A stretch of DNA of 64,000 nt, from positions 10,602,001 through 10,666,000 of the forward strand of contig OZ281494.1 in NCBI GenBank assembly GCA_965637545.1. Direction: 5' to 3'. The translations under genes and the position numbers were made by a program. This DNA is from Phallusia mammillata. Taxonomy: Eukaryota. Positions 40,201-52,200 of the stretch are shown piece after piece (position 1 is the first letter of the stretch; every line of letters starts with the position of its first letter). The notes under the pieces were generated by a model. That model did not search any database and was not told where the DNA came from. It saw nothing but the letters and a program-made list of their open reading frames with translations.

Positions 40201-43200
40201 AAGGATCCCGTGGTGATTAACTCGCTCGAACGAAACGATTTGAATGCAAACAGATCAGCTGTGGATGTCACAATCGTAAAAACTGCGTCAAGTTGTTGAA
40301 ATTTCACATCAAGTGTGGTTACTGATGCGGATGGCGAAACAAAATCCTGAAACCAAAAAAAAATGTAACATGAGATAGATAGATATTTATTAATCACACG
40401 CAATTTTTTCCTCCGACATGTTTTGCATTAACAAAAGTGGCATCTTTTTAGAAATATTAAGTATGCCGCTAAACGTTTTTGCAGTGTGCAACTTTATTTC
40501 ATATTTCGGTATTTCAGGAAAATTGTTTCGGTATTTTCAGTAAAAGAAAACGCCGAAGGTCAGTTCCAAAGCGTATTTGTGAACCATTCTACTTTTGGAC
40601 TGTTAATGTACGTTCCATTTTTTATGGTTTGGCTCAAAAGTAAAGTGAAAAATCGTTTTTTGCTTTTTGTTTTACCTTGATATCAACGTGATAAACCTTT
40701 TGTGAAAATTGCGTTTCATTTTGTTTGACTTGCACAGGTTTGACCGTTGTTTGCCACTGAGCATCTTCAGGACCTGCGATGCAAAGAATCACGCGTAAAC
40801 CACAACTAAAATTACTGTTGTGTGCAAGACTTTCACAAGACTAAAAACACTTATACAAATAGCAACTAAGTTTTTTGGCAACAGGAATTAATGTCACCTT
40901 TTTACAAATAGGCCACGTTTTTGTGACAAAATAAAAATTTACAAATAGGCCACGTTTTTGTGACAAAATAAAAATTTACAAATAGACCACGTTTTTGTGA
41001 CAAAATACAAATTTACAAATAGGCCACGTTTTTGTGATGAAGTTTTATGTGGTTGGAAGTACTTATGTGATTATAAACTGACTTTGTGACTAAAGGGCCG
41101 TCTAAAAGTGCAAACAACATGGTCAAATATGCATAGAGACAACACGCCACCAAACTTAGTTGCTGCATTGCAAACTAACAAACACATTATAAATCTTACT
41201 TATGAGGTTAAAATCCACTGTCGTAGAAATTTCCTCTGTGGGCGAAATTACAGGTTTTGGTTTAAACGTTGTACCCGCGCTGTGTAATGTAACGCTTGGG
41301 GTTGGGGTTATCGAGTTTAGATTATTATTTGACCTCGTGGTAGTAATGAACTTGGCGCGACTTGTCGAATAAGATGGGTCGGTTATGTCTGAAAAGGTAA
41401 TGTTTTTGTAAAGACTTGAATTGGGCGAAATGAAAATACTACCATAAATAAAATCAATTTGCATACCAGTTGGGGACATGCGAGGGGTTTCAGCAGTTGT
41501 GTATCTCTCAGTTGAATCTCGGATAAGCATGTTGTCTGTTGTTTCGCTAAGCATAGTGTTGGTGGTGTAACTCGGTTCAGGTGTTGTTATGTGTTTTAGA
41601 GTTGCTTGTGAAGTTAGTAACGGAGTGGTAACGGTTTGGGTTGCAGCGGTTGACCACGAATAGATTGTTTCAATGGTGGGTGGCGTGGTTGTCTCTGTGA
41701 GTATCACAAACGCTATTACATTTTTATTTCTTTGCGAACTTACCAGTATCCTAAACATTGCCTACAAAGATCAAATTTTACAGTTACACAAAAACTCCAG
41801 ATAAGTTTGCTAAATACCGTTGGGTGGCACCAAAATCAACCGAAAAATTTAGTTCCTCACCCTGAACCAGGCTTTTTTTGTTTTATTTTGTTTTTATCGG
41901 GGTTCGAACCCAGGACGCTTACGGGACGAATCAGCTTTTTTATGTCTGGGTCAGGCGCACCGGACCATTCGGCCAAGTTCCTAAGTCTAATCCAGTCTCA
42001 CTGTAAATTTAAATATCTTCGCGTTTTACGCCATCTATCGGTATTTAGAAAACTTTTCTGTTTTGAGTTCTTGTGTTAGTAGCTCTAACTAAATAACATC
42101 AAAAACGAAGGTAGCAACTAACCAAATGGTGTAGTCGTGGTGTCGGTTGTTAATCCAAAAACAAAAACGCGCAGAACCATGACGTCATCTGGAGGAGGTA
42201 ACCTTGGAAACAAACACACACAGATCTTTACGATCTTCGAATTTTGTTGGGCAAAAAATATGGTTGTCGATTTGACACTGTTTGGTTCGCCAGTTCATAA
42301 GCTCAGTTACATTGGACAACAGGTTTAATAAATGGCCCCTATATTTTAGACCCAAACCTGAATACAGAAACATAAATCCGGCCAAAACCAGACAAAAACA
42401 TTAGAAATTCTAATCAGACATTAATGTATACACATTTTGTGTGCAGATTTAAAATTGAAATAAGACCTCATTCCAATGCTATTTTAAACTTAAGGCCAGA
42501 ACACAGCCCGGACAATAACATCGTACTACGTAACAATATCAAACTTAACTCACATAGGTTGTAGTGTTAAAGTTGCATCGAGATCACGTGCTTCGATTGT
42601 GACGTTGTACTCAGTATTAGTCACGTGACCGGTCATAAACAACTCCCCGCTTAACCAGTTGATTCGAAAAGTTTCGGTGGCGTTTTGCAACCTGCGAAAA
42701 CAAGAGTTTAAATTTTAAAACAGTTTTCTTTCACACGAACCCAAACAAACAATAACACAATGCGATCAAATAAAATTGGGATTAAATACGTTAAAAGGTT
42801 TAGGCATTTCCCAACACGAAAAGACGAAACAAAATGGTCGGACACAAAAGTACAGTTAAAGGAATTTAAGCGTTCAAAACATGAAAATATAATTGCTATT
42901 TTATATGAAATGCCTATACGTATTACCTGTACCAAGTGGTTCCCATCAAACCATCATCTTCATCAGTTGCTGAAGCCTTGTATACTAACTGACTGGATCC
43001 TGTATACAACACCTCGATCTCCTGTTCTGTTAGGTTAAACCTTGGCTTGTTGTCATTTATGTCCAATATTTTTAGTCGCAAAGTGGCGTTGTCGGTATAG
43101 TTTCGGTCACTTGCAGATACAGCAAAACTGAAAAACATTACCAGACAATAATCACAATGACAATGTTGTTTAAAGGCACATGAGAAACAAAGTAATTGAA

Positions 43201-46200
43201 ACAAAACAAGGTAACGTGGGAAATTCGGCCATTTTTTTTTTGATAGTCACCTGTAAAAGTCTTGATTTTCTCGATCGAATTTCGCCTGCGTTGTAACCAC
43301 GCCGGTTGAACTGTTAATTTGTAACAGTTTGCTTTCGATCCCGTAAAGAATTTCAGTGTCTTCCAAGTCAAGGTCGATTGCAAAAATCTATTCACACAAA
43401 AAACGGTTGTGTAGTATTTACAATCATTCCTGAAATACTTTACCAGGATAGTGGGAAAACTCTTTTTGTTTTGTCACAAGTACAAAAACGTTTTATTTGC
43501 GCATAAAAAATACAAAATACAAGTAGAAAGTAGTGCTTTTAAAAAAAGTATATTTTTATGAAATAATGACCAAATCCCTAATTAAATACAACACCAAATT
43601 TTTTTTGGTAGGTAGAATTTTTAAAACAACCTTTGTTTACCCCACCTGGTAAATTAAAAAGATTTCGCTATGACTGTTGAACACTAAAGATCATATTAAA
43701 ATACGTAGCGTTTACGAACCTGTGTTACTAAATGTCCTTTAGCGATGTTTTCCGGAATTTCAGCTTCGTAAAATAGTTGGCTGAACTTCGGAGGGTTGTC
43801 ATTGACATTTGTAACGTTGATTCGAACTAACGCGGTAGACGATGTGTTCGCTAAAGTAGTGGATAAATTATTACAATTTTTTACTAAACACACATTTTTG
43901 TCTGATATTGAAATCAGTTTTTTTATGACAAGTTTAAATAAAAAAAATTTTTGCAGCTGGGTATGGAGTAAAGACTTTACATTGAACAGTGAAATGGATT
44001 CTGCGTAACATGGTGAAATTTTATTTAGAGCAGTAAAGCGTGTTTAATCCCACGCAACCCACACACGAGTTTCCCGAGATTGTGATTTTGCGTCTTGGGC
44101 TAAGTTTGCAGAACGTCGACGAAAATAGGACAGAAATGTTACAAATTCATTCATCGGAGTCGCAGTGTTTATTCAGAGCAAAAATATTTGTCGATAACGG
44201 ACACGTTTAGTAATTACCATGGAACGTTGACATAATATTTAGCGAATGTGCAAAACCCCAAGCTAATATAGATTTGTCCCCATTTAGATTCACAGTGCAG
44301 GGTTGACGTTTCTAAAGTTAAATCCATACACATGTAATTGAAGTAGTAATTTTAAAAAATGACGTTTTTTTGTTGGCAATGTGTACCAATAACATACATA
44401 CGAGTATATTATATAGTTTGCTGCATGAAAAGAAGATACACAAGACACGGACTTAAAAAGTAGATTTACTAAAGACAAAATTGCCAGCGATGTAGAAGAA
44501 AACGTAGACATTGTATTAAGCAAAGGTTTCGACAAATCAATTGTCGCCATCAGTGATGAAAAATAAATACAGCACGAGCGAAAACAAAGGCGTTTATATA
44601 CTCAGAAGGAGCTTGCTTTATAAAATGAGTACCTTTTATTCCACATCGCTGGCAATTATGTTTTTAGTAAAGATACAAGAAGATTTTACAAAAGTCACAA
44701 GTTGTAATACCTGCAATAAATTCCACAATCACGTTATGAGTCTTCGATGTTTCAAAGTCCAAGCTTTTTTCGGGTTTCAAATACAAATCACCCGTATTAG
44801 AATCAATTTCAAACAAAGAGCGTTGAGTTTTTAAATGAAAAAGTCCACTGCCAGTAGTTTTCACCTAAAAATGATGTTTAACAATGCATATGAAGTTCTA
44901 CAAAGTAAAATGCCAGATCCTAATTCATCGAAGCGTTACTGTGCTTTTTTGCCGAATGAGCAATGAAATATAATTGTCAATTTTATCTGGTTTTACTATT
45001 AGCGTAAAAGTAAACGTTTGTATAATTTTCTAATTTTAACATTATGGTACATTTCAGGAGTTGTTTTACCTTGAGCAGAAAACTCCCTGGGGCCAAGTCT
45101 TCCGGAATTGTTAGGTCATAAAAATCCTTGACAAGTATAGCGCTTTGATTGGTCGAAGCGATGCTTACGTCGATGCTGATGTTTACGACATGCAGACCAT
45201 CCGAAACCGAACAATTAAACGATAATTTTTCAAAATCCAAGTCTTGAATGGTCAAAATGCCAGATGATGGGTCAATCATGATGTGATGCGGAAACGATCC
45301 TTAAAAAAAGTACAATGGTAATATACATTTCTTAGGAGTTCCACCTAACGGCTCATTTCCAAAGGATTCATATGATGGTCATAAATTTTTTTTAGTCTGC
45401 AATAAATTCCCCATTATAAATTTTTCGGAAAAAAAACTCTTGTTTTTTTACCAAATATACGATTTCTCGGGGTACGGAAAAATCGCGTGATAACCGCGCT
45501 TTAAAAAACGACTTAAAATGAAAGTCATTGATGTCATGATAAACTACATTTACCAATTTTAAATCCTAAATTGCCTTTAACATGATCTGTTTTGTTACCG
45601 TCATCAGCTTAAAATGGAACTATATTTGAGGCTTACACACTGTGCAAAAGAAACTTTCTAAAAAACATTGTAACCCCATGTCATTTTGAGTTTAAAAACG
45701 TCATTAAAGTTTATTCGATGTTATGTACTATAATAAGTCGCAGGAAATATGAACTGGCCTAGGGATCTTACCGTTTTCATCGCTCTCTACTCCTTCTATG
45801 GTGATGTACGTAAGTTCGTCACCGTCCGCGTCATCGCACGCCAATTTACCGATGGTAGTTGGAACATCTTGTTCAGGATTGACCTGCACGATTTTCAACA
45901 GACACGGTTTATTGTAGGCCCATAAGCCTTTAAAGAAGGGGTGCCAACAATAAATAATATAGGTTGCGGACATTATGTCTGCACGAGTGGGACAATTAAA
46001 TGGATCCAATGACTTAAAGTACGAGCATCGTATTGGCGGTGTTTTAATCTTTTTTGGCAGTATACATTATACCACCATATGTTGTTTTAGATTTGAAACG
46101 CAAGAAATATATATGCCTCACCACAAAAATACATTATCTACATATCTTCTCAAATCTACAATTTAAAACTAACAAAAAACGCAAACGCAGTGTTGTATGT

Positions 46201-49200
46201 TCAGCACTACAAAAATCCGTTGGTAAAGAATTCAAATGTCTTTTTCGTTCGTTGGCGAGTTTCGACGAAAAAACCCGGTATATGACTCTACGCTACTCAG
46301 GCAAACTTACAGCGTTCACGTTTTCATGCCACTAATGTAACATGACCAGCAAGCTAGGTCAAAACATAATATGGAAGGAAAAATATGTTTAGGGTGTTTT
46401 ACAGTCGGCCAGGAATATTTAGTGCTTTGTGTTGCAATACAAGGAACGATAAAGCTGGTAAAGCTTTATTTGCGACAACAAAATGTCGATTTAAAAGTTT
46501 TAGCCTTAATATGCAGATGAGTGTCAAACAACTTATATAATACAGTACAGTATATGCCAGTTGCAGATGTTTTGGTGATACCATCGGTTTCAAAGTACCT
46601 TAAAAAGTTCAAGATTAAAAGAACAATGTTCTCGTGTTAAACATTTCAGGAGCATCAGAAAATGTAGAACGTCCGTTACACAAATTGACTTGCTCGATTT
46701 TTTTCTGAAAATCTCAAGATAGTTTCGATGAAAACGATTATCGATACCCTTAATAATGTACTGAATCATGTACGACCCATTGGCACAGACTTTGACTAAA
46801 TATGCCACTGTTCGAAAAATAGAAGAATAATTTTGCTTCAAAATCAAATCGAACTTACCAAGAATACGTAATGGTCATTTTCGCATATTGGTGAATTGTC
46901 GTTCGTATTCAGAAGCCGAAATAACATGACACATTTGCTAAAAAAGAAACGTGTTAGCGAAAGACTTTAATAAAGTTTTTGAACACACACTGCAAAATTC
47001 CGAATTTATAGAGCTCTTCAATTACCAGAACAGTTCTACAAATTTGATATCATGCCTGGCAGCAACAGCTTTTATTTGACAATGCATTTGTAAATAATCA
47101 TAATATTTCAGGTAAATGTTGTACAACTCGTTGTCTAACATCACATAATAAATATCAAAATTACATGAAACAATCGTCCAGTCGATGGAAATGCGTTAAA
47201 GAACTACGTATTTTTGACGACGCGTTTGTCGGTAATATTGGGTCGTGGTACTTTACCTAGATTGGCTGGGGCTGCCTCGATCGCTCGCGTTTACAACGAT
47301 CCACGAAACTCCAGTAGTAAATTCGTAGTCTAAACTGTGTAGGAGGACGAGTGACCCGTTGTCAGTAACCGCTATTTCATCTGAAGGTAACATAATGCGT
47401 CAAACAACAAGAAACAGTTAATTAAACAAGCAAATTATGTTTACGCGTGAAGTTGCCAGGGTGGACTAATATGATGGAAGCACCGTGAAAAAGAAATAGG
47501 CGCAACAAATTTCGTCAGGACATTAGGCTACAGCAACGGACTTGAGGTCTTATAGTGTTTTAAATTTTAGTAAATCGCAAGAAAAAAGAAATTCTCAAGC
47601 ACAAACCTGAAGACGAGTAAAATTCGATTTCTCCAGATTCTTTTGAATCGTTATCTTCAACGGATAATCGGACCCCTAAATCTCCGACACTCGTATTTTC
47701 CGGAACTTCAAGTTCGTACAACGTCACCGGTTCGTAACGGTCGACTGACCATAGCTTCACTCCGTTTTCGGTCGTTTTATTAACATGTCGAAATACAGGC
47801 ACGTTGTCGTTGACGTCGTAAACTCGGACTGTGACGTAGGCTGATGACGTCAGATTCGTGGAATTGGATCGGTTAGTCAGGAAAACTGTGGCGTTCAACA
47901 CGCGGTCCATTTCCGGTTGGTCATAGTTGAGTTTTCGCAAAAGACGGATTTCTCCTAAAATGGAATAAATATAAAGTGATAAAAAAGTACTGTAATTTTT
48001 TGTCATATACACATCACGGTTTCGTGGATTTTCAGGCATTCGTCACGAAGAGTAAAAAAGTTATCAAAATCAAAACAAACTCTAGTGTACTTAATGAACG
48101 CCTTTTCCTAAAGTTTTTTTTTATTTAATTATATTATTAAGTTGTATAACAAGATTAAGACGGGATCGGTATCAATATATAGTCTGAAAATTATTAGTTG
48201 TGAATAAATAGGTTAAAATGCAGCTGCTAAAAAATGAAACACAGAAAAAAGAAGGCCACGGTTTCTTCCCATTAAATTTTTAAAAGACAAGGTTAAAACG
48301 ACAAATTTGTCGCCAAAGTATGTAGAAAATGTGCTGATTAAAACCAAAACAAATCTTTTTTGACAAACGGAACTTACAGTATGCACACGTCTGTTGGAGC
48401 AAAACAGCACAAAATATCAGTCTTATTGCGAACACGACACACAATATTTTGTACTTCATATATGGAGCACACTGGATCAAATGAGTCCAAGAGGACATGC
48501 GGAATTCCCCATTATGTCAAAGGCACAAGAATTAGGAATTCATGTCACGATACTACCTACGTGCACTGTATTTATTCAAAATAGAACCACATTCGGCCAC
48601 CATATTAATCGTGCATAGTCATTTTCCTACAAACACAACACATTTGGAAAAAATGAAATATTTTTTATAGACACCTCACGGGTATTTTATTGCATTACTT
48701 ATTCGTTACACCAATGCACACTTTTGCCTTTTTGCGTTTCCAGTTATTTTTGGGACAAGTCGTTTTCCGGCTCTTCGGCATTGCGCCACGCCGTGCTTGC
48801 ATGCCTGGTGATAAGACAGACAAGCGAGACTCCAAACTTGGTGTTAGGCAACACGATATTCTGTGTAATGCAGTCACGCCGAAGCACTGCGCTTCCAACG
48901 AACTGTCCGAATCAGCTCTGTGCATTAATTTAACGCGAGGAAACCAAGTAATGCTCGACATACGTAGGTTGACCAGCGGGAAGGCATTATTGTGTTGGTG
49001 TTGACAGACGAGTTATCGATTTAAATGTGTTTTTGTTCCCTGATGCTGATGTTTTTGTGAAAAGATATAACGCTTAATTTTATTTTTAATATTGACCGTA
49101 AAATTAGGTGATGAAAAATTATATGCTTACGATTTTCTAACAGAAGCTGAAACATACATAATGTGAAGATTGCAAATTAACGCAAACTCGTTTGTATAGT

Positions 49201-52200
49201 GTAGATGACAAGAAAAGGCTTTGGAAACAATCTATTGTAATGCGAGTAATTTACATTTCGTCGGCAAATAGCTGGCCTATAGTGACCTTAAATAGCTAAC
49301 TGGCTGTGTTTTAGAGTGTTTTAAAAAAGTTTTAGAGATCAAGGCTTTGTAAATACAATTTTTTGTCATCAAGTAGTATTTTGCGTGTTCAGAGTATTTG
49401 TTTATTTGTTACCTAATTGAAATTATATTTGCAGCGTAGATTAGTTGTATAACATAGTTTGTTATTATTTTTTTACTCGAGTGAAATTTTGCATTTTGGA
49501 TGTACACACGAAACAACAATGCAAGACATCATCGCAATCTTTTTCTTTTTCTTTTCGACGCTTTTTACAAACTGCGCCTCAGGTAGGATACACAGGCTGG
49601 CAAAATAACTGTAAATGACAAAAAATAAATACGTTGTAGTTTGAAATTGATTTTTTAAGACTTACTTTTTTACCAAATGCACATGTCAAAAACCAAAACG
49701 TTCCGCTGTTACGAGTATATGAGTTAAATTATTTGTTACTTAAAAGACAACAAAATTGAGGTATTTTTAAGTTGACCACTAACAAATATCCTTGTGACAA
49801 ATATTTAGGAACCTCGTGTACACGACTGGGCTTTCAATGTCATTCAGAATGTGTGACGTCACCACAGACAGGGGAGCGTTACTGTTGGTTGGAAGGTCGT
49901 AACGACAGCATCAGCGTCAGACAAGGTCTCCACTGGGACTATTGCGGAGAGCCTTGCCGCCACCGTTCAGGTATTTAATAAATGCTGAGTCAAGAGTCAA
50001 ATTGATCGAAATTTGTGTTTGTTTTATTGATTAAATTACGACACTGCATTTAGTCGCAATATCAACTGTCAATTAAGTACAGTAAGCTACTTTTTGAAAA
50101 TAATTAGAATTTTTATCAAAAGATCTATCACGTAGCCTACACGCCAACGGTGTAATGGTGTAAAATTGATGCAACAAGCACCTGTGTTAAAGTAGATACA
50201 ATTAAAAACAAAAACAAATTTGTACTCGTAAAATAGTAAAGTACGTTTATTGGCGTTGGAACATATTTTTAACACGTTTTTTTTACAATCACTGTCAACC
50301 CGAATTGTTTGTTTTGACAGCATTATCTATTTCAGTCAATTTGTATATCAAATGAGAAAGGGGTAAAAGTAAAGAATTTTATGACACAAATATTTAAACA
50401 TTTTTTTCTCAAACAATGCAAAACTAGGGAACCGACAGCCATTGCAAGGCACACTTTCAAACCTGTTTTTGTAACTAAACCCCCTTATTATGAGTTGCGA
50501 ATGCGTAGCAATTTCAAAGTCAAATGTGGCCAGCAACCTTTTTCTAACACATTAACCAATATTAGCTGTGGGCATTCTGGCAGCACCTTATATATTATCA
50601 CAAAATATTTAATTTGCTGTGTTTTTTTACACAGATCGAGTTATGGCGTTGGACGGGCGACCGTGTATTCTTCCCGTCACCTATAACAGAGTGCGATATA
50701 ACGTCTGTATGACAGATCCAAACCGCTTCGATAACTCGCCTTTCTGTGTAGTGGTCAAACACTCGCACTCGGCACTATTCAATTCGTACGCAAGATGCGG
50801 AAACAAGACAGGTATAAAGAAATAATATATGTTTAAAAGTAGCAAACATTGTTTATTTGTTTCGAAAGAGTACACTTACATTAAGAAGGATTTCGCACAT
50901 TTCGTGTTTTCTGGCGATTTGAAACTGAAACAGAAACTTATACGTTCCAAATACAGCACAGGTTCAATTTTTTTTCTTCAAAAGGCGCTATTGAGTTTTG
51001 AACTGTTTTTCTCTTTAGACAAATTTCAGCCCATTTTGCTAAATAATTTGCTGGAGTTATGCAGTGCCCTAATTAGGATAAGGTTTATGTAGTGTTTTTA
51101 CCATGAGTTATGTAGTACTCCCCTCAATTTTATGAAAAATGATGAAATGTTTGAACATTATTATATCTTTTGTAGCGTAATTTCATAGTAACGTGAAGCA
51201 AAATATGCTCTCACACTAATTGCTAATCATTTTGCATGTAAGCTTAATAGTTAAAATGAAAAAAATTACACAAGAATATTGGACAAACTAGTGACGACGC
51301 TTTTCCGCGAAGTGGAACAAGCAAAGAGACGATCGTATAAGCTGTAAATGACATTCGAGGGACATTCAGTACAGCATTGTGCCCAACGACCGCCATATAT
51401 CGTTCCGGGAAATTGGGTTCATGCAAATTTACTGACGTATGTCCGCGTAATAACGTATCAAAACGTGTAGACTGGAGCGGAACGAGCTTTTCACGACATC
51501 ATCGCTTGCTACGAACACTTGTAATAAATCTTAACAGCGACTGACAATATAAAGTATTCCAAAGTTTTTGGATTTTTTATGTATTTTTATTTTTCACATG
51601 TTTTCATATTTTTGAAATGATGGGTTTTGCAGTTTGAGATCTGTTAACACACAAAACTTTAAATCACATTACAATGTCGTTGTGCTGTTACGCCTTTCAT
51701 CCGAATAATAAGTTTCTTAGGGCCTAATTAAACTTTCAAAAACCTGAATCGAACAAGACATGCAAATTTCACACGAAAAAAGCGAAACTGCGCTTTGGAA
51801 GTTATTTCAGGTCGGTTTAGCCTTAGAAGGTTACTTTGCACCGGTGCGATGCAGGACATTGGTTGTGACATTGAAAAACATCCTGTAAAATTCGTGTAAG
51901 GAAACACCGAAAGGTTACCTAAGCGCGAGAATTAGTTATTAGTATACCGTCCCAGAACTGGTAGCGACGTCACAGAGATAGTCGAATCACGGATTGTCGA
52001 GTCACCATCCTGTTGCGCATGATCAACATGCATACGTGTTTTCGGGACAAAGGAAATGCACTTTTTGGGCTCCCAATAATTGGAAGCTGAACGTTTTGCG
52101 AAGGAAATGTACAAAAAACGGAGAAATGGGTGAATGAACAGTTGGACATGATATGGTGGTACGCGATTTCCTAAAACCCAAGCATTTAAATGAAACAGGA

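Noticed and set aside
48213-49004. Overlapping 65-104-aa ORFs in the large cadherin intron
   Set aside because: ORFs occur on both strands with no motifs or consistent splice structure; treated as noncoding.
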